DNA from: Escherichia phage ETEC-TG
Strand: one strand, 5' to 3'
Sequence record: OR786310.1
Length of the DNA stretch: 64,000 nucleotides
Below, one piece after another: positions 19,993 through 29,212 of the stretch. The stretch's first letter is position 1. Every line of letters begins with the position of its first letter. The notes under the pieces are model-generated. The model was not told where the DNA came from, searched no databases, and saw nothing but the letters and a program-made list of their open reading frames with translations. The position numbers and the translations under genes are program-made.

Positions 19993-22665
19993 ATGTTTCC
20001 AATTCCAATATTTACTATTATGACCAGCACTGGTGTCGTTCCTCTGCCAGCGGGTATTGTTAAAAAAGTAATCACTTTAGATTACCCAGATAATGCTGGT
20101 AATTCTAACAGCAGTTTAGCAATTTTGCTTAATGATGGTAGATTGTTTACTCAAGGCGCAAACCTTTTTGGTGAGATTGCAGATGGAACTCGTAGTGCAC
20201 GATTCAATAATTTCCACTTAGCTTCTACTGTAGTAGCGGATGTGTTTACCGCAGATCGTTGTTTTGTTATTAAAACTAACAGCGGGGGATGGCAATATTC
20301 AGGATTGACAGCAGGGTTGGTAGGATCTATAGCAGCAGGTGGTACGGATGCATGTGTAACTACTTGGACCAGCTTTCCATCTGTAATAACAGGGACTATC
20401 TCTTTAGCCAATCTTAAAGAGGTTAAAGGAGGGTATAACAATACTCTTTGGTTAATGAATAGCGGTGTTCTTTATGGATCGGGTCAAAACACAGTAGGCA
20501 GTTTAGGTGCAAGCACTACTAACGAAGTTTCTACTCCCCGTCAGATAACAAGTTCAGCAGTTGCTTTTGATGCAGGTTATAACCAATGCTCTTATGTCAA
20601 CAATGCGGGAACCTTGCGTGTTTGTGGAGCTAGTAAAGGTTTAGCAGGTAATAATAACACAACAACCGCTTTTGTCAATGCCACGATATCCACTACTGAA
20701 ACAGTGTATGTCAAAGATTACATCAATACAGTTTCCCAGACAATAGTTGTAGGAGATACCTCCGGTGGCGCGGGTACAGTAAACTACTTATATGTTAGAT
20801 CTAATACAGAAACAACCTACACTAAACTGGACACCTTTGCAGCAGGTTTCTCAACATGGAAATTTCCACCAAGCCGCCACTCTTTTTTCGTTGGGATCAA
20901 TAATTCCTTGTGGGCTATTGGTAAGAACTACACTGCAAACTTAGGTTTGGGATATGATTCTGCGAGCGGAGATCCACTCCAAGTGGGAAAACCAGTTAAA
21001 CCTGAAGGAGTGGGTTCCTGGGATATAAACAAGCTCACAAGCGTTCATACGTTGAATATGGATATTACTAACCAATTAGGTTATCAAGGAACCTTTTTCG
21101 TTTATAACGGGGATATGTATTATTCCGGTATTTGGAAAGATGGGAAAGCCTCGTATCTGTTCAATAGTGGTCTAAACTATAATAAATTCACACCAATAGC
21201 AAGCTCCGTGATTACGGGGGATGTTCTGGCAACTGGCTTAACTACAGATTCTTTAGGAATTTGTATTGTAGGTGGAACTAAACAGTTGACACATTCTGTT
21301 AGCCCGGAAGGAGGTAAACTTTTCAATATTAAATACACTTCTTCTGTCCCTGCAAACATGACAATATCATCTACTGGTTTAATGACTTTCCATGCAGAAG
21401 GTGGTTTTGATGCAGGTATGACAGCCTTAAACGCTGAAGGAACAACTTTATCAGATACCTCTGGAGGATATGCTTCAACATTGAGTGTTTACACCCCTAG
21501 CTTATCTGCGATGGATGTAGGAACAACACAAACAATGGTAGCAGAAATAACGCCAACAGGAGCAGCAAGCTTACCTGGTATGGTTGTTGAGTATACAACT
21601 ACAGATCCTAATGTTGCTACAGTAGATCCTACAACTGGTGTAATAACTGGTGTTGGTGATGGTGGTTGTAGAATTGGTTGCACAGCTACATATCAAGGTG
21701 TTGTTACCGCTTCTGATAGTTCTTATTTAACGGTGAACGCTGTTGCGGGAAAGGAGTTAGCTCCATCTCCGAGTAGTAGTTTAACGGTTCTAAACGGATA
21801 TTTCAACCACTCGGCAGATGGGGCAATTACGTTCCCAATTTTATCGGGTACTGTCACACCAGCTAACTTTGTAGTTAAGGTGGATGACGTTGTAATACCT
21901 TCAAATAAAGTAATATTTAGAAATAAAGCTTTCTCTACAGTGGATAGTTATCCAGCAGGAGAATATAGACTGGCTATTGAATTTGCAAGTGCTTCAGTAG
22001 TGAATAGTGTTGATGTGTCTATGGAAGCAAATCCAGATCTTTTAGAATTATGGGGCGGCAACAGAATTGGTTATTCTACAAGCCCAGCCTCACAATTCTT
22101 AAAAGGTTGTGCTAACTTAAGACGAATAACTTCTGATTGTTTTAGTAACACATCTTACACCGGAACATCTATAAGTGGTATCTTCTCTGGCTGTACAAGT
22201 TTGACAGCTATCCCTGAAGGATTATTCAGTGATGCTTTATTTCCTTCAATGACAACAATGTCAAGCACGTTTGAAGGTTGTACATCTTTAACATCTATTC
22301 CTTCAGATTTATTTAAAAATCTATCAAAAGTTACAAGATATTCTTACACCTTTAAAGATTGCACCTCTCTTGCAGAAGTTCCAGCAGGAATGTTTGATAA
22401 TATTCCAACGAAAGTGACCTCTTTAACAGCTACATTCCAAGGTTGTTTAGCACTTACAGATTTTAATAAAATCTTTAATGACAACCCAGGGTTAACTGTT
22501 TGTGGTAAACGTGGAGCATTATCTTCTTTCTTTAGTGGATGCACAAATCTTACAGGAACAGGAACAACATTAACAAATACATTAGGCGGAGTAGCTAATA
22601 GTTACCTATTCAGGTATTGCACAAAACTTTCTGATTATAACAATATTCCTTCGGGTTATAAATAA
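19993..22665 (+). CDS. Receptor-binding/tail fibre protein with Big_2-like Ig domain and C-terminal BspA-type leucine-rich repeats
   Basis: 890 aa; Ig-like segment (VATVDPTTGVITGVGDGGCRIGCTATYQGVVTASDSSYLTVNA); C-terminal repeats FSGCTSLTAIPEGLF / FEGCTSLTSIPSDLF / FKDCTSLAEVPAGMF / FQGCLALTDF / FSGCTNLTG. Confidence 0.55.
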   Translation: MFPIPIFTIMTSTGVVPLPAGIVKKVITLDYPDNAGNSNSSLAILLNDGRLFTQGANLFGEIADGTRSARFNNFHLASTVVADVFTADRCFVIKTNSGGWQYSGLTAGLVGSIAAGGTDACVTTWTSFPSVITGTISLANLKEVKGGYNNTLWLMNSGVLYGSGQNTVGSLGASTTNEVSTPRQITSSAVAFDAGYNQCSYVNNAGTLRVCGASKGLAGNNNTTTAFVNATISTTETVYVKDYINTVSQTIVVGDTSGGAGTVNYLYVRSNTETTYTKLDTFAAGFSTWKFPPSRHSFFVGINNSLWAIGKNYTANLGLGYDSASGDPLQVGKPVKPEGVGSWDINKLTSVHTLNMDITNQLGYQGTFFVYNGDMYYSGIWKDGKASYLFNSGLNYNKFTPIASSVITGDVLATGLTTDSLGICIVGGTKQLTHSVSPEGGKLFNIKYTSSVPANMTISSTGLMTFHAEGGFDAGMTALNAEGTTLSDTSGGYASTLSVYTPSLSAMDVGTTQTMVAEITPTGAASLPGMVVEYTTTDPNVATVDPTTGVITGVGDGGCRIGCTATYQGVVTASDSSYLTVNAVAGKELAPSPSSSLTVLNGYFNHSADGAITFPILSGTVTPANFVVKVDDVVIPSNKVIFRNKAFSTVDSYPAGEYRLAIEFASASVVNSVDVSMEANPDLLELWGGNRIGYSTSPASQFLKGCANLRRITSDCFSNTSYTGTSISGIFSGCTSLTAIPEGLFSDALFPSMTTMSSTFEGCTSLTSIPSDLFKNLSKVTRYSYTFKDCTSLAEVPAGMFDNIPTKVTSLTATFQGCLALTDFNKIFNDNPGLTVCGKRGALSSFFSGCTNLTGTGTTLTNTLGGVANSYLFRYCTKLSDYNNIPSGYK

Positions 22666-22670
22666 GAAAA

Positions 22671-22694
22671 GGAGCCATTTGGCTCCTTTCTTTT
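22671..22694. terminator. Bidirectional terminator between convergent operons (GGAGCC-ATTT-GGCTCC flanked by A/T tracts)
   Basis: Perfect 6-bp stem with T-tract on plus strand and A-tract upstream; lies in 56-bp convergent gap. Confidence 0.65.
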
Positions 22695-22721
22695 ATAAAA
22701 ACTCTTTATAGATCAATAAGA

Positions 22722-23609
22722 TCAGAATGGAATATCATCATCGAAGTCCATTGGAGGTTCTTCTTGATTACTTGGAGTTGGTTCTGGTTGTGGTTCAGGT
22801 TTTTTAACTTCTTTCTTCTCTTCTTTCTTAGGTTGTTCTGCGGAACCACGAATGGCAGCAGCAACTTTATCAGACAAAGCTAGAACTTTACGAGCAGAGT
22901 CAATCAAATCTTCTACAGATACAGTCTTAATGGTATGGTCTTTACAAGCATTGAGGATAGCGTGACCAACAGATGCCCCAAGATCATAATCATTAATGTC
23001 AACGCCACGAGATTCAGCAATTTCCGATTTCAGCGTGACAGTTGCAGATTGAACAACCCCAGCGATATCGAAAGCATCACCTTTAACACCATTACGAATC
23101 AGTTCCAGTGCACCATTTACTGCGTGACCAGTTTCCAGACCTACAGTATCACGTTTTTTATAGGACTGCTTAGGAGCAGCATCGTTGGAACCTTTATTGC
23201 CAGAAGATTTGTTAGACTTCTGAACACCATCGGTAGACAATACTGTAATACGAGATTTTTTAGTATTGTAGTAAGTTTTACCGCCTTTATTATCAACGCG
23301 ATCAATATCAATACTTACTTCTACACCTTTTTCAATAGTGATCCAATTATCACCTTCTTTGACTTGCAGGTTTTCATAACCTTCTTTCAGTTCAATGTCA
23401 CCAAGAGAAATCCAAACACCTTTCTCATCTGGTTTAGCACCTTTCTCTTTCAGAACAAGAGAAGCTCGGTGAGTTGAAACAATCGTTTTTCCTTCCCAAT
23501 GAAAAGTTTTAGGTTCAGCGAATTTATCCAGTTTAACGTAGTCTACGATACCAGTTGCATAAGTTACGGTTTTGCCTTTACGATCAGTTTCAGTATTAAT
23601 TACGGACAT
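22722..23609 (-). CDS. Single-stranded DNA-binding protein (phage gp2.5-like) carrying host SSB C-terminal tip
   Basis: 295 aa; Lys-rich middle, Pro/Glu linker, C-terminal EPPMDFDDDIPF identical to the E. coli SSB acidic tip; GAGGAG RBS. Confidence 0.55.
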   Translation of the reverse strand: MSVINTETDRKGKTVTYATGIVDYVKLDKFAEPKTFHWEGKTIVSTHRASLVLKEKGAKPDEKGVWISLGDIELKEGYENLQVKEGDNWITIEKGVEVSIDIDRVDNKGGKTYYNTKKSRITVLSTDGVQKSNKSSGNKGSNDAAPKQSYKKRDTVGLETGHAVNGALELIRNGVKGDAFDIAGVVQSATVTLKSEIAESRGVDINDYDLGASVGHAILNACKDHTIKTVSVEDLIDSARKVLALSDKVAAAIRGSAEQPKKEEKKEVKKPEPQPEPTPSNQEEPPMDFDDDIPF

Positions 23610-23625
23610 TATTATCTCCTCTACA

Positions 23626-24018
23626 TTACATTAATTTTGCACAGAAAGAGCGGAGTCTTTCCATATCATCTTGCTCTAACAGGTATTTACCTTTACCTAT
23701 TCCAACTCCAATTTCACCATTAGGGAAATGAACTATTTGCACTGGAAAACCTCCGAGTTTAATTGTGGCAGCTTTGCCTTCTTCGTCTATAACGTTTCGG
23801 ATTGTATCTTGCAGTGAAATGAATTCTTTGTTTGTAACAGTGGTTTCAATTATTTCAGATGTTTCAACACGAGCAGTTAGCTTCTTGTTTCCACCTTGAA
23901 TAACCAAAATTTGAAAATAAAAAGAGTTGTCAAGACCTACAACATTTTTCTCAACTAGTGTCAAACTGGTATAGTTTCCATAAACAGTTTCAACAGCTAT
24001 CTTAGAACGTTCAGTCAT
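23626..24018 (-). CDS. Hypothetical protein
   Basis: 130 aa ORF, tightly spaced in operon. Confidence 0.45.
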   Translation of the reverse strand: MTERSKIAVETVYGNYTSLTLVEKNVVGLDNSFYFQILVIQGGNKKLTARVETSEIIETTVTNKEFISLQDTIRNVIDEEGKAATIKLGGFPVQIVHFPNGEIGVGIGKGKYLLEQDDMERLRSFCAKLM

Positions 24019-24063
24019 TGAATGCTATCCTATCATAAAATGTTTAATATTGTCAAGCTTTAA

Positions 24064-24657
24064 TTACCAAGGAATATCCTCTTCTTCCAATCTGGTATCT
24101 ACTTGAGGTGGACGTGGAACCTTAACCTCTTTCACAAAACGAAGATATGGGAAACGTGTAGCAATTTTAATAACGTGTTTGGCATCTTCTCTAACGTCTT
24201 TGTGCAAGAAGCAGATCCCTGTTTCCAAGGTTGTTTCAAAATCTTTAGAATAATAACAATCCTTCCCATCAAATGCAGCCTGGCAGATGGACAGATCGAA
24301 CTCATTTAGAAAGGTTGTCATTACGCTTGGTTCCATAATCATAAGGTTGCAAAGCTGACCATCACGTTCAAACTCAAAAACGTGTTTAAGACCAGTAACA
24401 CCTTCATAATTGTCAGAAGCCTCTTTGTTTCCTAGTTTACGAATATTGGTTCCCATTAAAGCAGATGCAATTAATCCTTGTATTTGTTCTTCAGTCCGAT
24501 GTGCAGGAAGGGATGTATAGAAATCAAGATCACGTCCAGCAATATCAAGAATACGCCAATCACGAACAGCACCGCCAGCCAAGACAGAATTAGGATCAGC
24601 GATCTTTAATACGGTAAGAATTTCTTTGGCAATATTGATTTGTTTTGATTTAGTCAT
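24064..24657 (-). CDS. Minimal nucleotidyltransferase (Pol-beta superfamily, CCA-adding/poly(A) polymerase head-like)
   Basis: 197 aa; motif LAGGAVRDWRILDIAGRDLDF matches GGxVRD...DxD of tRNA nucleotidyltransferase heads; C-terminal EEEDIPW. Confidence 0.5.
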   Translation of the reverse strand: MTKSKQINIAKEILTVLKIADPNSVLAGGAVRDWRILDIAGRDLDFYTSLPAHRTEEQIQGLIASALMGTNIRKLGNKEASDNYEGVTGLKHVFEFERDGQLCNLMIMEPSVMTTFLNEFDLSICQAAFDGKDCYYSKDFETTLETGICFLHKDVREDAKHVIKIATRFPYLRFVKEVKVPRPPQVDTRLEEEDIPW

Positions 24658-24868
24658 TGATACGCTCCACAGTTACTTTTACAACATCATCCATATTAAT
24701 CTCATCCCCCAAGACCTCAATAACACCTTCCTCATAAAGTCGAGCACATTCTTCCCACACTTCAGCTTCCGTCATTCCACCTGCAATCTTATTTGCAAGA
24801 CCTTTAATAACATCTTCATTTTGTTCATCAACAAGAATTGAAACATTAAAGCTCACTAATTTACGCAT
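24650..24868 (-). CDS. Hypothetical protein
   Basis: 72 aa; AAGGAG RBS; overlaps downstream start. Confidence 0.4.
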   Translation of the reverse strand: MRKLVSFNVSILVDEQNEDVIKGLANKIAGGMTEAEVWEECARLYEEGVIEVLGDEINMDDVVKVTVERIND

Positions 24869-24878
24869 TGTTTTCTCC

Positions 24879-25046
24879 TTATACTTCTAAACGGAAAGTT
24901 TCTTTAGATACAAAATCGTATCCACCTTTTTCAAGCCAGTCATTGTAAACCTCATCGGCTTGAGACTCTATCATAAAATACCGAGTGGTAATTTCGTCTC
25001 CGACAATACGCACAATTTTATAGCAAATCATGATACCATTTCCCAT
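24879..25046 (-). CDS. Small hypothetical protein (55 aa; not in ORF track)
   Basis: Hand-translated MGNGIMICYKIVRIVGDEITTRYFMIESQADEVYNDWLEKGGYDFVSKETFRLEV; GGAGGAAG RBS; TAATG overlap with upstream stop. Confidence 0.4.
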   Translation of the reverse strand: MGNGIMICYKIVRIVGDEITTRYFMIESQADEVYNDWLEKGGYDFVSKETFRLEV

Positions 25047-25237
25047 TAATCTTCCTCCAGATCAATTTCATTATAACAATGTATGCAGAAACCATCATTG
25101 TGCATATGTTGTTCATAAGACATATCTTTACCACAAGACCAACAACGGATATCCCCATCATCCCATTCACGTTCTTCTTCACCTTCAAATTCATCTGGTA
25201 GGTAAGGCATACCAAGACAATCTAAATCGTAATGCAT
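25046..25237 (-). CDS. Small zinc-ribbon protein
   Basis: 63 aa with CWSCG ... CIHC pairs; acidic. Confidence 0.4.
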   Translation of the reverse strand: MHYDLDCLGMPYLPDEFEGEEEREWDDGDIRCWSCGKDMSYEQHMHNDGFCIHCYNEIDLEED

Positions 25238-25250
25238 ATCTCCTCCTATA

Positions 25251-25268
25251 AAGGGGCCGAAGCCCCTT
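25251..25268 (-). other. Intergenic stem-loop (RNA UUCG tetraloop) between polymerase gene and downstream gene
   Basis: AAGGGGC-CGAA-GCCCCTT perfect hairpin; no U-tract, so more likely stability/processing element than strong terminator. Confidence 0.4.
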
Positions 25269-25285
25269 ATAAAACAATGAGTTAA

Positions 25286-27883
25286 CTAGTGACAGGACGC
25301 CCAGGAATTACCCACATCGTATCCGGCAGTAAGCTGAACGTTAAGATTGTAAAATTCTCCAGCCTTAGTAACAGCTAAAGCAGCAAGTTCACCTGCCCGA
25401 CTATAGGCTGTAAACCATCCACCTTTGGGAGATTCATGAATGTTAGCCCAAATTTGCCCTGTCTCTTTTTCCTTATTATGCTTCCATTCTTCGACTTTAG
25501 CAAGGCATTCTTTATCAATTTTCTTTTGTTCTTCAGGATCGTCTACTTTCTTCCAACCTAATGATTCGGGTGAAAACCATTTGAATTCTACAAGGTTACG
25601 AGAAACTTCAAGCTGGGCTTCATCGTGGTATGCAATCATTTGTTGCACGAAGTCTTTATTCTTCCAGTCATCTTTAAAGAAGTCAACACTTAGCCCTTCT
25701 TCTTCGATCATGTCGTCATAAATAACCATTGCACGTTTAGCACAAATAACCCCACCACTTTGGAACAGAGAGTTAAGAATCGCGTGAGCAGAACGAGTAG
25801 GAACCTTACGACCGTCAATACCCAAAACATATTGTTTACCAGTCTTAACCCAGAAATCGTTTAAACGTTCTTTAAGACGCGCCAATGGAAATGCAGCTTC
25901 CCAGAAAGCATCGAACACCAATTGACCTGTAAACTTGTCGCTACCAATTGTTTTAGCAACCTTGTCGGCTTGTGCACCATAAGTAATACCATACTTAACA
26001 GATTTAGCAGGACTACGTTCAAATTTACGTCCAATAGTTTCAGTGATACGTTTTGCCATCATTGTGTGAACATCGTTAGGTTTCTCTAACAACAGAGCGT
26101 TACAATATTCGTGTGGCTCCGGCTCGTACCGCCAACAGTAGTGTGATTCAATTTTTGCTTCCAAAGAGTCGAAGTCGTAGCCAATCTGGAAGTACTTAGG
26201 AACCTCTACACCAAACAAGTTACGCATCTCCCATCCAAACAAAGATGTGACACGAGGAATATTAGCTACAGACCTATGCTTCATACGAGAGGTTGCAGCA
26301 TCACATGTAGCTGCTGGGGTAGGAATACGACCATCCGCCCTTACTGCGGCTAAGAAACCTTTATCATATTCTTGATCTTCCTCATCTTCTTCCCAATCAG
26401 CACCACCGCCTAAAATAGAATTCCTACGATGCTTATACGTTAAGTATTCTACAATCTGTGTAGCATAAGGGAATTTCTCACCTAAAGCTTGCAGGTTAGG
26501 ACAGATTTCTTTTTCCTGACCTTTGGTAAAACATGGGTTAGTCAATACTTTAAGACCGCGACCCTTACCTTTTGCTATACGCTCTTGAATCTTCCTCTCC
26601 AAGGTTTCCGGTGTGCACTCCAGATGATCACAACGATCCTGACAAAAATTAGAAGACAGAGTTTGCTCAACGTAAGCTCGAATACCTTTCTGAAGTTCTT
26701 CCTCGCTCTTTTTAATCTTGGTGCCAGATTTAAGAGTCAAGTCTTTATCTTTATATTCAGACGGTACCCAACCTAATCCTACAAGCCAGTTTTTAATATG
26801 GGTAGTATCGTTCAATGTTGCAGGGATATTAGGATCACACAAAGGCTCATCTGCTGCAACTGGTAGTTTCCACTCTTTCCCCAACATAACTAACCACCAA
26901 TCGCCATTCCTCTCTTCCAAATGACCATCATGTTTCTTAGCAAAATTGATCATATGGTTAGTTGGCTCTAAGTTCTTTTTAATTTGCAACTTAGGTGGAA
27001 TAAAAGCCTTAAGATAACCTTTTGTTGCTGGTTTAGGTGGCAAAATAGGCTCAACGAGTAAACGAAGACGCTCCATTTCTGCATCCAAAAAAGCAAGGTT
27101 CTCTTCTGCTTGCTTCATGTTAAAAGCAAACCCACGGTGTTCCTGGCGTGTAATAATGTCTGCTACACGTTGTTCAAGTTCAAATGGACCTTCCCATTTA
27201 TCATAATCACCCCATTCTTCCATAAGGTAATTATATACGCTCGTATTGGCTTTGTTGTCATAGATACAGTAATAAAGCATATCAGCAGCAAAAGTCTTAA
27301 ATCGATCTTCTTCTGGAACCTCTTTACGAAAATCTATTTTTACATCACCCCCTGCCTTTCGAGAAAGTGCTGCCAAGCTATGTCCTGATTTGCCCTCAAT
27401 CTTTCGATCTGGGTTTAACACTTTACTCAAAATCAAGGAGTCAATAAGTTTTACCTTATTTTTACCCCACGTATTATATTTAACACTGTAATCTAAACCA
27501 TAAAACAGTTTTGTAGCCAACCAGTCATAGTTGATACCGTTGTGAGCCACAGCCATTTCAACCAGATATTCAGGCTTATCTTTAAAATAACCTTCATGAT
27601 TAATAAAGTCTGGGAAATCTTTTAGTTGAAAATGTGTGTAATCTTGCGCCACATACTCTTTAAGAACATATGTGTATTTACCATCTGACTCTTCATAAGG
27701 ACGCCCATCAAAGATGTATTTAGGGCCATCGTGGAAAGCTACTATTTCTCCTGTTTCATGGTTCTCTAAGACAATACAGTGCATTTGAAATGTGTCTTTG
27801 AGACGATAAGGACTAGCTAAATAATCGATAGTGTCATTATTCAACAATCCGTTTGCTTCAATATCCCATGTAAACTTACTCAC
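25286..27883 (-). CDS. DNA polymerase, family A, with 3'-5' exonuclease domain
   Basis: 865 aa; exo motif WDIEANGL; Pol A motifs DFDSLEAKI (A), RKFERSPAKSVKYGITYG (B), YHDEAQLE (C); GTG start with AGGAGG RBS. Confidence 0.8.
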   Translation of the reverse strand: MSKFTWDIEANGLLNNDTIDYLASPYRLKDTFQMHCIVLENHETGEIVAFHDGPKYIFDGRPYEESDGKYTYVLKEYVAQDYTHFQLKDFPDFINHEGYFKDKPEYLVEMAVAHNGINYDWLATKLFYGLDYSVKYNTWGKNKVKLIDSLILSKVLNPDRKIEGKSGHSLAALSRKAGGDVKIDFRKEVPEEDRFKTFAADMLYYCIYDNKANTSVYNYLMEEWGDYDKWEGPFELEQRVADIITRQEHRGFAFNMKQAEENLAFLDAEMERLRLLVEPILPPKPATKGYLKAFIPPKLQIKKNLEPTNHMINFAKKHDGHLEERNGDWWLVMLGKEWKLPVAADEPLCDPNIPATLNDTTHIKNWLVGLGWVPSEYKDKDLTLKSGTKIKKSEEELQKGIRAYVEQTLSSNFCQDRCDHLECTPETLERKIQERIAKGKGRGLKVLTNPCFTKGQEKEICPNLQALGEKFPYATQIVEYLTYKHRRNSILGGGADWEEDEEDQEYDKGFLAAVRADGRIPTPAATCDAATSRMKHRSVANIPRVTSLFGWEMRNLFGVEVPKYFQIGYDFDSLEAKIESHYCWRYEPEPHEYCNALLLEKPNDVHTMMAKRITETIGRKFERSPAKSVKYGITYGAQADKVAKTIGSDKFTGQLVFDAFWEAAFPLARLKERLNDFWVKTGKQYVLGIDGRKVPTRSAHAILNSLFQSGGVICAKRAMVIYDDMIEEEGLSVDFFKDDWKNKDFVQQMIAYHDEAQLEVSRNLVEFKWFSPESLGWKKVDDPEEQKKIDKECLAKVEEWKHNKEKETGQIWANIHESPKGGWFTAYSRAGELAALAVTKAGEFYNLNVQLTAGYDVGNSWASCH

Positions 27884-28677
27884 TATTCCTCCTTTCTAAT
27901 GTTCTCCAGAACCCACTGAAGTTCTTTTAAACTTAAACTTCTTACTCCCGCAGTTTTACTAGCTTCAGTTTTAAGTAACGGGTAAGCCTCAATGATACGC
28001 GTTTTAAGATCAGAAGTCAAGGCTTTTAAAAAATAGGTAGATGCTTCAGATAAAGAATCTTCTTCTGATAACACTTTACCTGCACTTGCTCCCGCTCTCC
28101 TAACGGCTATATCGTAGTCTTTACTGTTACCTAATACGAATAGTCGATTCTCTCCTAAAACAACGGGAGAACGCTTCTTGTTGCGTTTAATCCATATCTG
28201 GAATACACAAGGAACATCCCAAGGTTCTCCATGAAGAATAAAAGATCCTTTTGGACATTCTTCTTCGTAAAGAAGATGCATGTGGGGATTTAGTTTGTGT
28301 GCAAAAAAGATTTTTTGAAATGTGCGAGGCAAGATAAAACAAATACCACCTTCGTTATCCAACATTTCAGCACAATGGTTAAAGAACTTAATGGCAAGAC
28401 TGGCATTTTTTCCAAACGGAGGATTACCGACAAAAGCAGTTACACTACCAACAGACTCAACAGATTGAGCTAAAAAATCTGCCTCAATACAATCTTCAAA
28501 CTTAGGGTCAATATCAAAAGAAGTTATGTTTTTAAAACAAGAAGAGAAAGCTCCTTCTCCCGCAGATGGTTCTACGTAGTTAGCTTCCTCTCCAAAAATT
28601 TCTTTGATCTTATCACATAAGAACCCCGCATAAGCGGGGTTAGTGTAATATTGATCAAGTATGTTCAACTTGCTCAA
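27883..28677 (-). CDS. DNA N6-adenine methyltransferase (gamma-type motif order)
   Basis: 264 aa; AdoMet motif EPSAGEGAF followed by catalytic GNPPFG; TTG start with AAGGAGGA RBS. Confidence 0.65.
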   Translation of the reverse strand: MSKLNILDQYYTNPAYAGFLCDKIKEIFGEEANYVEPSAGEGAFSSCFKNITSFDIDPKFEDCIEADFLAQSVESVGSVTAFVGNPPFGKNASLAIKFFNHCAEMLDNEGGICFILPRTFQKIFFAHKLNPHMHLLYEEECPKGSFILHGEPWDVPCVFQIWIKRNKKRSPVVLGENRLFVLGNSKDYDIAVRRAGASAGKVLSEEDSLSEASTYFLKALTSDLKTRIIEAYPLLKTEASKTAGVRSLSLKELQWVLENIRKEE

Positions 28678-28686
28678 TAGTCCTCC

Positions 28687-29118
28687 TTAGTTGTTAGCGA
28701 ACTCAATAGTGAGGTCAACTTTACCATCATCAGAAATAACCATGTTTTTAGTATTTTTAAAGATGATATCTACTTTACCTTCACTTACACGACAGAATGC
28801 AACACCATCTGCAACTTTATCGATATAATATTTGTAAGAAAGAATACCCACTTTACTACGACCAGCACCTTTTGTGAAAGAAGGGCTTACATCGAAACGG
28901 AAACCTTTAGAAGAAACAACACGGTAAGAACGTCCAGTTGGGATATGTTCAATAACAGAAACATTGTTCTCAACAACTTTTACAGCAAACTCTTCAGGAT
29001 GATCCTCAACAATCATATGTGGGATGGCAAATGCCAACGCTTGTTTGTGTTTAATAACACCAGCACCCAGAGCACCAGCAGCTTTAACTTTTGCATTCAG
29101 ATCGATTGTCATACGCAT
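28687..29118 (-). CDS. Hypothetical protein
   Basis: 143 aa ORF between primase-helicase and methyltransferase. Confidence 0.45.
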   Translation of the reverse strand: MRMTIDLNAKVKAAGALGAGVIKHKQALAFAIPHMIVEDHPEEFAVKVVENNVSVIEHIPTGRSYRVVSSKGFRFDVSPSFTKGAGRSKVGILSYKYYIDKVADGVAFCRVSEGKVDIIFKNTKNMVISDDGKVDLTIEFANN

Positions 29119-29196
29119 TTTTACTTCTCCTCTTGTTTGGTTGATGAGACAAGTATAAGTCCCTTCCGCAAAGTTGTCAACAGGTATTTTTAATAA

Positions 29197-29212
29197 AAGG
29201 GCCGAAGCCCTT
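29197..29212 (-). terminator. Stem-loop/terminator with UUCG tetraloop after primase-helicase stop
   Basis: AAGGGC-CGAA-GCCCTT followed on the minus strand by U/A-rich tract. Confidence 0.45.

Noticed and set aside
22935-23477. 180-aa plus-strand ORF antisense to the SSB-like gene
   Set aside because: Low-complexity Phe/Ile/Asn-rich translation typical of reading AT-rich coding DNA on the wrong strand; no RBS.
28621-28645. CCCCGC-ATAA-GCGGGG hairpin as a terminator
   Set aside because: Lies inside the N-terminal coding region of the methyltransferase gene (encodes NPAYAGF); treated as a coincidental coding-sequence palindrome.
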